The notes below the pieces were generated by a model that had not been told where the DNA came from, made no database searches, and saw only the letters and a program-made list of their open reading frames with translations. The position numbers and the translations under genes were made by a program. Of a stretch of 64,000 nucleotides of DNA, positions 1 through 12,677 are shown one piece after another. Location of the stretch: NCBI RefSeq assembly GCF_006345805.1, contig NC_043000.1, forward strand, positions 145,390,001-145,454,000. Direction: 5' to 3'. Positions within the stretch are counted from its first letter, which is position 1; each line of letters begins with the position of its first letter. The DNA is from Octopus sinensis. Taxonomy: Eukaryota.

Positions 1-119
1 TGTTATACTTTTCTCCCACCTATCTCTCTCTCTCGCTTTCTCTTTCATGACCCGATGACCCGGAAGTTGTTGCTCTTGCATTTCTTTCGCAATCGGCATT
101 ATCTGTCTTCAGCTCAATA

Positions 120-343
120 CACTCTTTACTCTTTTACTTACATGTTTCAGTCATTTGACTGAGGCCATGCTGGAGCACCGCCTTTTAGTCGAGCAAATCT
201 ATTCTATCGATCTCTTTTGCCGAACCGCTAAGTTACGGGGACGTTACGACACCAGCATCGGTTATCAAGCAATGCTAGGAGACAAACACAAACACATAAA
301 CACACACACACACACACACAACACACACACACACACACACACA

Positions 344-404
<61 letters not shown>

Positions 405-547
405 TACGACAGGCTTTTTTCAGTTTCCGTCTACCAAATCCACTCACAAGGCATTGGTCGGCCCGGCGCTATAGCAGAAGACACTTGCCCAAGATGCCAC
501 GCAGTGGGACTGAACCCAGAACCATGTGGCTGTTTAGCAAGCTACTT
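120..547 (-). mobile_element. tRNA-derived SINE family A (CORE-like body, internal (TA)n/(CA)n, GTAAAAGA-type tail); 3' portion of a copy split by the Tx1 LINE
   Basis: Close match to intact copies at 25975-26403 and 27290-27690. Stops at the TSD and its head resumes at 5979. Confidence 0.9.
534..547. repeat. Target-site duplication TTAGCAAGCTACTT (left copy)
   Basis: Identical 14-mer at 5979-5992; removing 548-5992 restores a contiguous SINE head. Confidence 0.92.
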
Positions 548-775
548 TATTTCATATAATTTGCCATTTAGGCATTTACAAAGAGGGGACAAACAAGGAC
601 AGACAAATATAAAGGGTGAAGTAGCTTAACACAGTTACAATTTTCGAATGAAATTACGGATAAGATTATAAACAATGAATTTTACGGAGACAATGTTTAA
701 AAATATTAATGATCATGTCGAAGGACGGACACCCAGCCATCCGGGTAGAACCTTTACTTTCTAATCCGGTCACAC

Positions 776-3700
776 TTACCTGGTGCCAAACATACCCATC
801 TTGCATGCCACAGGCTTCCATCTTTTCACAAACATATATTGTGACAGGCACCTCTTCTCCAGCCTGATTTTGCTACTGAGGTGGTAACTAAAAAAGTTAA
901 TCAACCCCTGGCCGGAGACAAAGGTGCCTGTCACTATACCTTTCGTACGCGTCTTCCATACTGTTTCTTTCAGTATGGCTACTTCACAGAAAAAACAAGC
1001 CTTTCTTTCCCTGTTAAGGAAAGGGGGCGGCACAATCTCGATGATAGACTCAGCTGATAGCTGTACTCTTCCCATCACTGACAACAGTTGTTCAACAAAA
1101 GCTATCAGTCCCGATAACTCCGGACACTCCACGAATGCGTGCAAGACGGTCTCCCTATCCTGCTCACATCGCGGGCATGTCGGCGAGACGGCACTACCGT
1201 GCCTTGACAGCTTGTCGCGAACAGGTAAAGCCGCACGGAAACACTGCCAGGCCAGGGATTTCTGGTAATTATCCAGATACCCCGGCCCGAACGTCCTCCG
1301 GAACAGGTTGACCAACTGATTTTCATCGTAGCCCAGGGTCTCCCCAAGGCGTCTTCGGACTTAATCTCCACTAACCCGCTATAGAAATCCGTGGTGGAAC
1401 TCCTGTTGCCGGCGTTGCCCACCCAAGATAGTAGCTGGAGCGCCTGACGGCACTCCAAATGCCATTCACTCAGTTTAGGTCTCCGCTTGATCCATGCACC
1501 GATGTCCGTTAGGGATGTTAACTGGGGAAGGTAGAACCGGACGTGCGGTGACCACACCTGCTCTCCATCCAGGTAAAGCCAGAGGTGCCTCAACCTTAAC
1601 GCGAGTTTTCGCATCCTCAGCCAAGGCATCCCTAGCCCACCCTTTAGCAGTTTCTGGCAGCAGACAGAGCGCTTTACAAGTGGCTTTCCTCCTTTCCACA
1701 AAAATCGGAAAAGGATTCTCTCCAACTTGTTCAGTCACAAATCGGGGCAAGGCACCACGGTCAGACGGTAGGTGATTACTGATGCTATAAACATCTGCAC
1801 CACCTCCGCCTTCCCTAGCAGGGATAACGCCCGCCCAGACCAGGTCTGGGTTAGAGCGGTCACCTTGTTGGCCACCTCACTCCAATTTTTCTCAATCTGG
1901 AGGTCTGGCCCGAACCAGACTCCGAGCAGCTTAACAGGACCTTCCGTCCAACGCCCTACGACGTTATTGGACGGCATCGGCTTGCCCCTCCAGGTGCCGA
2001 GTTGCAAACCGACCGACTTGTCCTTGTTAACCTTTGCTCCTTCCACCGCCTCGTAGCTTTTGATGGCCTCTTCCACCACTGGAAGCTGGCCTTCGTCTGC
2101 CACGATGATGGAGGTGTCATCCGCATACGCCGTAGCTCCTCTTCCACACCATAGATCATGCGGCGCGCCCCCTAGTGCCTCCAACTTCCGCAGCAAAGGC
2201 TCAAGAGCCAATACGTATAGGAGCGAGGGCAGGGGACACCGTTGACGAACTGAACGCTCGATCCTGAACGGCTTCGAAAAGGAACCGTTCACCTTGACTA
2301 CAGACTCGATGTCGCTATACAAAGCAGCGATCCAACCTCGAAAGGTCGGGCCTAGGCCAGCCTCTCTGAGGACCGCCGCCAAGTACCGATGGTCGACCCT
2401 ATCAAATGCTTTGGACTGGTCTAAATGTATCAGTGCTCCCCCTGCGCCAGAAAGCTTCTCCACCCTCTCTAAGGAGTAGCGTATAAGGTGGAGATTGTCG
2501 TAGATCGTTCTGCCGGGGATAGCGCACGTTTGCGCTTCCCCGACAAGTTTGTCCACGACCCGCGCCGACCTTTTTGCTAGCACCTTGGCCAGAATCTTTA
2601 ACTCTGTGTTCAACAGAGTTATGGGCCTGAAGTTCCCTATCTCGTCCCCCTTGTTCGGGTCCTTCCTGGTCAACGTCACCGCCCCCCGGCTCGCAGACTT
2701 GGGAATTCTCCCATTCTGCTGCCAGTTGGCGTAGACGCTAGCCAGCAGGTGCCCGAACAAGTCTGGCATACTTTTATAAAATTCATAGGGCAGACCATCG
2801 AGACCCGGTGACTTCTCCCCGGGGCACTTGCCCAACACCTCGATTACTTCCTCGGCTGTGATTGGCCCTTCACAGCACTCAGCCTCTCGTGTCGAGAGGC
2901 GCGGGCCACCAGACAGGAAGTCCCTAAGGGCCTCACCATGATCCAGCGTCCCGCACCTCCCGAACAACTCGGCGAAGTGCTTGTGAAGTGCCTCACACAT
3001 CTCGTCCCGCTTCTTGATCGTGCATCCGTTTTCATCAACAAGAGACCCAATTGTAGCATCGTTTCCACGCTGTGTTTCTATGGTACGGGCCCATCCGGCA
3101 ACATTAATTCCCTCCCGGCCCAATGCTCGTACTTTAGCCCGAACTCTACATCCCTCATGTTTGGTTTTGAGGTGACGGTCTAATGCCGTTCTCGCCGCTA
3201 AAATGTGAGATGCAGAGCCCAACCTCAACGCCTCCTCTAAGTTCTTAACTAGTTGCCCTTCTATTCTAGCCCTATCTAGTCTTAGTTGTTTACTAAATCT
3301 AATGGACTCGAATCGAATGGCTCTTTTGAGGGCGAACCACCACCGGTTATTAACCACGGCTCCGGTTAACGCCCTCTGCACTAACACCTTAATCCGGCTA
3401 CGGTATGCCTCGCGTGTCAAAATAGACTTGTTCAGCTTCCAGTAGCCGGTTCCTATCTTAAGTGTGCTATCTATGTCCAGTCTAAACGTGACCATTCTAT
3501 GGTCAGTATAGGGCACCTGGACGAGCTGTGGACAACTAAAACTAGACTTATCTCTAGTTCTTATCACTATCCTGTCTAGATACGACTTGAACCTTCCGTC
3601 GCCACTCATCCAGGTCCACTCTGGGACGTTCGGATGGTCATGTCTGTAACGATCTGCCAGCTGAAACCGCTTAAGCAGATCCACGAGACGTGAGTTCACT

Positions 3701-4169
3701 TTCCTATAGATCGAGCCAACGCTATCGATGTGTACGTCAACGATAGCATTAAAGTCCCCTAATATCACTAAAGTTTTCGACGTCACGAGAAAGCCCTCTA
3801 GGCGCCGATAAAAATCAGTTTGGAAACCTCTAGCAAGTGCATAGAGTCCGATCAACATGAAGGCCTTACTGCTGTATGTCACATCAAGGACGACCAGCCC
3901 ACCTTTGGGCTACATAGACTACTTGTCTGTAGAGCCAAGTCTTTACGGATCAGTACCACTACGCCCCCTCGCCCTCCGGTCTGGCCAGGAGACATGATTT
4001 TCTCGTAGCCATTCAGGAGAGGCGAGAAGGTTTGTAGGCTGTCCAGCTTGGTCTCTGTAACAACCATCACATGTATATCATGTGATCTGAGGTCGTCGAG
4101 GAAACAAGCCTGCTTCCACTTCGAACTCAGACCACGCACATTTAAACAACCAAGGTTAAGCGAAGCCAT
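776..4169 (-). pseudogene. Tx1 ORF2: AP endonuclease + reverse transcriptase + zf-RVT, disrupted
   Basis: Motifs LNVRGL, VTETKL, GDFN, YLDRI, SPGLDGLPYEFY, FRPITLLN, DQSKAFDRV, YADD, CPRC..HAFVEC. Frameshifts near 3915 and 1346, in-frame TGA at 1735-1737, and QGCPLSP decayed to QRCPLPS. Confidence 0.93.
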
Positions 4170-4186
4170 TACAAAAAGTAAAAGTT

Positions 4187-5587
4187 CTACTTACATTTCG
4201 TTGGAGAGGTGGGGGCCGACCTCACCACACGTTTGTGGGCCCCTTCTTTCTCCTCCTTCTTCAGATAGTCCGGCAAGTTCGCGATATGCCGGATGGCGTT
4301 TGGGTGTCTGTCTTTTAATTGTTTGAACGTTGTTTCTGCAATCCACGCGTGTCTATTTCGATCTTTGTATTTGTTGTACAGTCTTGCTGACTGATGCTGA
4401 ACCACAATATCGTTTATGTATTTGTCTTGTGTGTCGAATTCAATTAATATGAGTTCATCATTTTTTTTTGTCTTCTTTTTCTGGGCCAGTTGAGCGGGAT
4501 TTTTTTTCTGTGTCTGTGGTGTGTCTTTGTTTTTATTATTTTTTGTAGGGGATGTGGAAGGGGATGATGCACGAATTCCTTTACGAACTGGTGTAAATCC
4601 CCCCTCTGATACCTCCATGGTATCGTCTGGGGTAGCAATAGTTTGTTCGGTAGGCGCCGCAGTTTTTAGGGGGGTGGGAGGTTTTAATAATGTAGGGGTT
4701 TGTGAGTGCGAGGGCTGGGATTTTTCTTCAGTTTGTTTTGGGGTTGGCACCGTAACAGCAGGAGTGGGATTTTTTGTTTTTGTAGGGGTAGGTGAGTTGC
4801 AAGGGTAGGTTTTTTTTTATTATCTGAGGGGCCTGGTGTCTGCGGTTTCTTTTGCTTGTCTGGACAGTCTACACGAATGTGGCCCTTTTTGCCGCAGGCG
4901 TAACAGGTGGGTTTTCGGCCTTCGACCTGTACCCTGAGGGCTACGTTCTCGCCCACGAGCACCTTCTCAGGAAGGAGCTGCAGGTCCTCCGCTGTTCCTT
5001 GAATTAATATATTAATGTTACGCCCGAGCCAAAATAGAGGGGCAGAGCATGTTACTTGTAGTATTTTAATTTTGTCCGCCCTTTTATATAACAGGGCGGC
5101 CACTACCTCTACCGGATCTACTTCCGGCGGGGCTTCTACAATCTTGACCCGGGACGTCCTGCGTCCCCTATAGCTTGGGAAAAGTACCACCTCCTTGGTT
5201 TTTAGGGTGTTCACAGAATGCCCGCGGGCCACTTCTTCCCCCGAGAAGCGGACATCCACAATGCCATATGCCCGTCCCCTGGCGACGTACACGATGTCCT
5301 TCCGAATCGGGGACGCATTTCTCGATGGTGTTTTTTTCAAAGTGTTTGAATCTTCTGCTTTGTGGACAGAAAGTTTTAAACACTACGGTCCGCTTCTCGG
5401 TCTCCACGATACTGGCGGAGGGTGATATTTTAACATCACCACCCTCCTCTTGCATTCTTTTAAATAGCTCGACGAGCTGATTGACATTGATGTCAATGTT
5501 CTCGGTAGCCACTGCGGCTACTGTAGAAAATCTTTTAACATTTCTCTCCTCAAGAGCACTACTTTCGTGAATAATTTCAACAGACAT
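4187..5587 (-). pseudogene. Tx1 ORF1 (gag-like nucleic-acid-binding protein), frameshifted
   Basis: Three overlapping ORFs (5168-5611, 4684-5340, 4187-4750) that appear to join at T-runs near 5335 and 4812; CYACGKKGHIRVDC zinc knuckle; Pro/Thr/Lys-rich tail. Confidence 0.85.
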
Positions 5588-5978
5588 TGTTCTGTTGAAA
5601 TTAGACAACACAAAATTTACGAATATTGGTTTCCCACAAAACTGGGAAACCTATAGAAAGTTTTTCTTCCAAAGTAGTTCAAAAAAGCAGTTCAAAAATT
5701 CCAATTCCCACCCCCATTCGGGGGAGGGGCACGAAAATAGTCTGGCAGGACTATATATAGTCACGTAAATAAAAAGCCACAATGGCTAACAGTTCAACGG
5801 TAAGAAATTATCCAATTATTCCCCGGTAAAACCGGAGAACAAGACAGTTCAGCAACGTTTAAAGACAAATTTTCAGTAGTAGGAATTCAACAATTAACAA
5901 CACAGCAAAACTCTTACCGGGAAGAAAACGCGTCCAAACCGTAGTACGGTAAGCAAAGTCACTCTTCAGTCAGTGAGG

Positions 5979-6014
5979 TTAGCAAGCTACTTACCACACA
6001 GCCACTCCTGCGTC
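5979..6014 (-). mobile_element. 5' head (A-box part) of the SINE split by Tx1, including the right TSD copy (5979-5992)
   Basis: Reverse complement reads GACGCAGGAGTGGCTGTGTGGTAAGTAGCTTGCTAA, matching the family A head at 27290. Confidence 0.9.
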
Positions 6015-6454
6015 ATTGATTGGTTAAAATTACTCAAACGTGACAAATTTAGCACGAAAGAACTACTAAAATACAAAATTTGTCAAAACCGTTAAGAGTA
6101 AAACGTGTTCTGCGTGACACATTCAAACAGTATCCGAACTTTCAAACTGTTCAGTTAAATAAAAAATAATTAAAAAATATCTGACTGAGATTGAAAAGAT
6201 CCTACATACATACATCATTCATACAAACACTCACACACATCTATATATATGTGCGCATGTATGTATCTGTACACACACGCACACACACACACACACACAC
6301 ATATACGATTAGTACATGTTTGCTCGTAAGGGGACCTAAAATCTCTCGCTGTATGTAAACGCACACGGAGTAATTAGCTAGCATATTTCTACGAGACAGA
6401 CCTGCTACTTGCGAGATATACATTGCAAAATACAAATATTCTCTTTTGCTCTTT

Positions 6455-6669
6455 TAAATGTTTCAGTATTTGACTGCGGCCATACTGGAGCAACGCCTTC
6501 AGTCGAACAAATCGAGCCCAGGACTTATTTTTTGCACTTATACTTATTCTATCGCTGTCTTTTGCTGAATCACTAAATGACGGGGACGTATATACAGCAA
6601 CATCGGTTATCAAGCAATGGTAGGGGGTCAAACACAGACACACAGACACACACGCTCACACACGCACGC

Positions 6670-6702
<33 letters not shown>

Positions 6703-6858
6703 ATATATATACGACGGGTTTCTTTCAGTTTCCGTCTAGTTGTTCCACTCACAAAGGTTTGGTGTACCTGAGTCTATAGTAGAAGACACTTGCATAATCT
6801 GCCACGCATTGAGACTGAATCCGGAACCATGTGGTTCGTAAGCAAGCTACTTACCACA
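6455..6858 (-). mobile_element. SINE family A copy (diverged, head truncated)
   Basis: Similarity to 25975-26403 across body and tail. Confidence 0.8.
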
Positions 6859-6859
6859 C

Positions 6860-6953
<94 letters not shown>

Positions 6954-7101
6954 GTATGTGTGTACGTGTGTGTTTATATGCATGTATGTGCTCTGTATGT
7001 ATTTATGGATGACTACAGGTAGATATGTGTAATGCTGTATCCTTCTTGCAAGCACTTTCCGGAGCCATTGTAGTTGGTAAGCAATCTACTTACCACACGT
7101 A

Positions 7102-7142
<41 letters not shown>

Positions 7143-7751
7143 GGGTGTCTATGTGTGTATGTATGTATTAACATAGGTAGATATGCGTATTCTTGTATCC
7201 TTTTCGCAGGCACTTTCTGGTGCGCTATATGATCTTTGGTGTTGGAAGCACTTTCTGTTCGGAAATTGGGGTAAAATAGGAACAAAATATTACAAATATC
7301 GGTTTACTAGATTGATAAATATATATATATATAGGTTACTGCCTGAAAACGGTTCCTGGATAGCGTGAGAAATAAGCAAAAGCTAAATTTTGCACACATT
7401 GAGTAGGATGAAGAAAGTAGTAATGGAAGATGATATATAATGAGAAAACGGTGAAAAATCTAAAAGTAGAGAACAGAACAGTAGAAGAAGAAAGAATTAC
7501 AGGGAAGGCACGTGAATAAAAAGATATCCATATGCGATTGTTACAGATAACAATATATGAAAATATAGTAGGAGAAGTTAGTATATTATTTTGATTTGCC
7601 CCCAAAACAATTTTAGGTTATGAAATAAAATATATTCATATGCTAACGCCTATACGCACATGCATATATATATTTTAAATATTTATATTTTATTTGTGCG
7701 CGCCCACACACATATGTATGTGTGTATATATAAATATATACGTAGATACAT

Positions 7752-7821
<70 letters not shown>

Positions 7822-8431
7822 GTGTGTGTGTGTGTGTATGAAAAGCGAGAGACACACAGAGACTCACTATCAATACATACACGGGTGTTATGACATACAG
7901 CCATATTGTGTTTTTGTTTCCTTTCTTATGGGCAGAATCAGCACAGCTGATATATAATGACACGTATTACTGGAGTAATGGAAGTTATTTGTTTAAAAGT
8001 AAGGTGGGGAAGTGTACAATTTGCATTGGCCAGCATGAAAGTGCTTTCCTTCTTAAAAAGGATTACATGTGTGAGTGTGTATTCAGGATTCAATTAAAAG
8101 ACAAACGGTAAATATGACCTACATATTTTATACAAAATACAAGAAAATCATTTTAAAAACAGGTAGTAAATAAAGAAACAAACATATACTAAATACACAG
8201 ATGGACAGAAATCATAGGTCACCAATTCTTTATCAGTTATCGGCTAGAGAAGTCAAACGCAATTTTAGCCATTATCGACAATATTACTTCCACTCTGGAG
8301 GTACTGACAAGAAACGTCTCGGTATATATATATAATTATTATTATTATTATCATTATTTGAGGGAATAAAATCCAATCTTACAAGGAAAAAGAATTCAAT
8401 TTAGAAATACTAAATCAAATTCCACACAATA

Positions 8432-8802
8432 TCTCTCTATATATAAACGGCAGTTTGTCTATGTGTGTTTCTGTGTGTCTGTTAGGTTGTACCCTCACCT
8501 TGACCACGGCTTTCAACCGATTCTGATGAAACTTGACACACACATAGCCCAATGTCATAATTCAAAACTAACGCAGCGAAAATTTTGAAAAGTTCCCCCA
8601 GTTCTGAAAAAAATCGATAAATTCGACATGGGGTCGAGAATCAGAAACACAAACCACAGACTGTCTAGGGGACGCAACTCGACCTTTTTAACTAAAAAAA
8701 AATTACCATAATTTTTTTTTCCATTTTTTGGGAATAACTCTCTAAAAATGCTTTATAGTTATTTCCCTTACAAACCCGAGCAACGCCGGGCGATACTGCT
8801 AG
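8432..8802 (+). mobile_element. Non-autonomous Helitron
   Basis: 5' TC after A; subterminal hairpin CCCG-AGCAACGC-CGGG (8775-8790); 3' CTAG followed by T; no TSD. Confidence 0.85.
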
Positions 8803-8973
8803 TAATATATATAACATATTAGGAAAAAAACCACCTTTTATCAATTCAAAATGAATAATCAAATTACACCATCTAGAAAATTACATATAATAGAAAAGTT
8901 AAAATTAAAATAACAATAAAAATTAAAGATTAAGTAAATTACAAAAATAATATAATGTATATAACAGGTAGAA

Positions 8974-9062
8974 TAACGTCACGTATTTCGCTGCTATATT
9001 TAAGAAATGATTATAGTCGTAGAGAAATCACTTCCATATAAATATAGTCGCTTATCAGGTTA
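8974..9062 (-). ncRNA. Degenerate type I hammerhead ribozyme motif
   Basis: UAAC-CUGAUAA-GC..CUAUAUUUA/UAAAUAUAG..GC-GAAA-UACGUGAC-GUUA. Stems I and II pair; core G8 and U16.1 are mutated. Confidence 0.55.
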
Positions 9063-9103
9063 AAAAAAAATAGAACAATAAAATAATTAATTAATAAATA
9101 TAC

Positions 9104-9151
<48 letters not shown>

Positions 9152-9153
<2 letters not shown>

Positions 9154-10700
9154 CTGTGTGTGTGTGTTTGTGTGTGTGTGTATGGAAATCCAAAATATAC
9201 ATTATATACACACTCATATATACATATAATAAATATTTATTTTTTTTTTTGTGAATGTGTGTATTTTTATATGTTATGTGTATTTGATGATATGTGTGAG
9301 TGTATATATATATATATACATATATATATAGATTTATGGATGTATATATATTTATTTATTTATCTGTATGGGTATGGGTGTGAATATATTGGTGTATATA
9401 TCGAGTATTGTACGTATGTATAAGTATGTGTGAGTGGGTATATGTATATGTTTGTGGGTGTGTGTTATATGTGTGTGTATTTGTGTGTGAATGTATAGAT
9501 TAGGGGGATTGCTGTATAGGTTTGTTATTGTGTATGGTAAAGGGAGGTTTTATCATTATATTTGTACGTATGGGTTTCGTTTATCATGATTGTTTTATTA
9601 AAGAATTTTGTAGTAAATTTAGTCTATTTACGTTGATTAACATATTATTCCATTATATTCCATTCATAATCTTTAAAATAACGTTCGTTCATCAGGCGCA
9701 AAGAATTTATTAAAAATATATTCTATTTCTATGGTAACGTAATTTTGTAAACGCTGTAACAGTTAGACTTTTAAATTCACTTCATAACTTAAAATTGAAT
9801 AGAAGGTATGTATTTTTTAAAGTTCTCCTAATTGTAATTTTAATATGTATAAGCTTTTGAATAATAATATATTCTCCTTATTTTAATCTTGTTGTTTATG
9901 TAGTGTTCTATTTATCGTACTTTTCTTTGTTATTAATTAATAAATAACTTAGACATACTTTGATAAATAGATAGGTTCGTTTTTAAATGGTTTAGGTTAT
10001 GTTTAATAATAGAATAATTCTATATAAGTTATTATTCACATTCATAAATTTGTTTTAGAGTGGTGTTGGGGTTTTTAATAGTATATTGCTGAGTAGGGAA
10101 TGTTACTGTATGTATGTGGCTGAGTGTATGTATCTGCTGAATTTGTTACTTCTCTGTGTTGGAGTGGCGGTAGGAGTGCAGTTGTATGTGAGTGATTGTG
10201 TGTGAGTGTGTGTGGGTGTGCATTGTTTATGTGTAGAAATGTTGTTTTCTTTTGAGTGTTTATGTATGTGTGAATGTGTGTGTGTGTGTTTGTTTGCGTA
10301 TTTGTGTATGTTTGTTGCATGCATGTGGTATTTTGAATATGTGTGGGTGTGTGTTTGTTTTAAGTATTTATGTATGGTTGTTGTATATATGTGGTATATG
10401 GTATTTGGTAGTTTCTTGCTAAGAATGAAATGTTTATGTTGTTGTGGTTGAGTATATGCGGCTGCTGGATGTGTGGTTGTCATGCAGAGTGACTGTGTTT
10501 ATGAATGAGGGTTGTATGTGTGTGTGTGGGAGTATGAATAAGTAATGTGTAGAAGTATACGGCTACTTTATTAATTTATCGTTGCCTAGATGTTTATGTG
10601 TATGTATAGAGATATATATATGGGTGTGTGAGTTAGTGTATGTATTTAGATATGTTTATATATACTTAGATATATGTGTATGAACATGTGTGTATATATA
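9152..10700. repeat. Long G/T-rich, C-poor low-complexity tract (degenerate TG/TATG)
   Basis: Visible strand skew over about 1.5 kb between (TA)n and the Penelope-like fragment. Confidence 0.6.
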
Positions 10701-11180
10701 TTTTATTTTTATTTTTTGTTTTGTTTTTTGAAATTAGATTCTTCATCTTTAAACATGAGAACTTAAATACTAGGTTTCTTTATATTCAATTGTTTATAGA
10801 GGTTATTTTAGTTCTTGATTATATATAGATTATATATAGATTATATATAGATTATATATATATATTGTTTCATTGATAAATTTATATTATTTATAGTTTT
10901 AGTCATTTTAAATTTATATATTAAAAATATTGATTATTTTTAGATCTGAAATCCACCTGATGAATGTCCTTAGAAGAGACACGAAACAATTGTAGTGGCG
11001 AATTTAATTTTATTTAATTTATATTAAATTTTTTTATGTATTGGATTAAGTCTTTCTTTGTTTGATTTGCAAAATAGTGGTTTTGTCTCTAATTAATATT
11101 ATATAATATTTTACTATAAAATTGAATTCAATCCTAAATCTGATTTTCCCTGTAAATTGGATTTATTCCCTAATATTTAT
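10700..11180 (+). mobile_element. Penelope-like pseudo-LTR fragment ending in (TA)n
   Basis: Contains a hammerhead; the segment near 11040-11105 is related in reverse to about 25394-25460; the left boundary is approximate. Confidence 0.6.
10953..10998 (+). ncRNA. Minimal type I hammerhead ribozyme motif
   Basis: CCAC-CUGAUGA-A-UGUC..GACA-C-GAAA-CAAUU-GUA-GUGG; palindromic stem III ACAAUUGU; stem I CCAC/GUGG. Confidence 0.75.
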
Positions 11181-11195
11181 TATTATATATATATA

Positions 11196-11239
<44 letters not shown>

Positions 11240-11270
11240 AGAGAGAGAGACAGGGAGAGAATGAGAAAGA

Positions 11271-11817
11271 GAGGGGTTGGACAAAATAATGGAACACCCA
11301 GAATCATGGCATCGAAATTTTGAAATATCTATAAAACCGGTCAAAAATGTTTATGTTTATTTATTTATTATTTGTGTTGCACAATATGTTCTGCTAAAAT
11401 TGCTGTTTCTTTTCAGATATCATCAGAAAAAGGTACTTGAAATTCATTAAAACGACTGACCTACCGGACTTTCAAAAAGGTCAAAGTGTTGTTGCTCATA
11501 TGGCAGGCTCTTGCGTAAAGAACACAGTCGAAATGTTTCATGTCTCAAGAAAGGCTGTCATTACTTTCGAAAGTTATGGCAGCCTTTGAGAAAGACGGAA
11601 ACACTTCCTCGCCGAAACAAAATTCTGGAAGAATAGCAAAACTTTCAGATGGGCACCATCGGACTCTTACGCGAATTGTTAGAAAGGGTCACAAATGTAA
11701 AGCCCCCAGAATTACTGGTGAGATTAATGACCACCTGAAGAACCCAGTTTCCACTAAAACTGTTAGCCGGCAGCTGCACAAAGTAGGATTTCACGGGAGG
11801 GCTGCAATCATAAAACC
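11271..11817 (+). mobile_element. Tc1-family DNA transposon 5' fragment
   Basis: TIR-like start AGGGGTTGGACAAAATAATGGAACAC. Transposase N-terminal HTH peptide (DLPDFQKGQ..; SGRIAKLSD..RTLTRIVRK..VSTKTVSRQLHKVGFHGRAA). Confidence 0.85.
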
Positions 11818-12611
11818 ATACATATATACATAAACATGTGCATATAGAACAGAGACAGTGCAAAACAGTGAATGAATGAGTGGAATGGAAAAAAAAAGAT
11901 AAAACAACATATAAAAGTGTGAGAGTATAAAGGTGAGTATAAGAAGAAAACGAAGAGTCCTTCAACACGCACAATTTAAGATCTTAATCAGTTCGAAAAG
12001 CACAAGTACGTCGAAGATTATTTGGTTATTAAAAAAAGTAACGAAATACTGAAGAAACAAGAAACAAAATATAAGACAAAAATTATAAACTTCAGGGTCA
12101 AGTTTTACCCAAATGGGAGTGAAGAGATATAAACCTCGTCAATTTTTACGGGCACTATCGTAGGGTGTGTGTGCGCGTAAAATATGTATGCGCGTCAGGT
12201 GTGTATACATATATATGTATGTGCATGTCTTTATGTGTATTCGTGTAAAATTTTAATTTATTTCTTTGCTTGTGTACGCGTGAACAAGAACATTACGTTC
12301 GTTTTAATGTATATTTGCCAAACTTGCAAATCAATCGGGCAATTCTACAAATCAAAAACTGGAAATATTTCTTGAATTATACACATCACAGCGCAATGCC
12401 TATACACACACATATATGTATATATATATATATGTATGTATGTATGTATGTATACACACGTATGTACATCCACACAAACACATATACACACACACGCATA
12501 TATATATCTATATATCTATCTATATATATATATAGATAGATATATAGATATAGATATATGCGTGTGTGTATATATGTGTTTGTGTGGATGTACATACGTG
12601 TGTATACATAC

Positions 12612-12677
<66 letters not shown>

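Larger units (their letters stand above)
548..5978 (-). mobile_element. Full-length Tx1/L1-clade non-LTR retrotransposon (decayed)
   Basis: ORF1 with CCHC knuckle followed by ORF2 with APE endonuclease, RT and C-terminal zinc finger. UTRs at both ends, A-rich 3' end (..ATATGAAATA), 14-bp TSD. Confidence 0.95.
8345..9105 (-). mobile_element. Penelope-like pseudo-LTR fragment, interrupted by a Helitron
   Basis: Terminal AGGGAATAAAATCCAATCTTACAAGGAAAA resembles the reverse complement of about 11145-11172; carries a decayed hammerhead; microsatellite flanks. Confidence 0.55.

Noticed and set aside
155-559. ORFs such as EAMLEHRLL..RRHLPKMPRSGTEP repeated at several loci
   Set aside because: They are antisense readings of SINE family A copies, not genes.
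1735-1737. In-frame TGA in Tx1 ORF2 as possible recoding
   Set aside because: It falls where a Trp codon is plausible, in a copy with frameshifts and a decayed RT motif; a simple nonsense mutation explains it.
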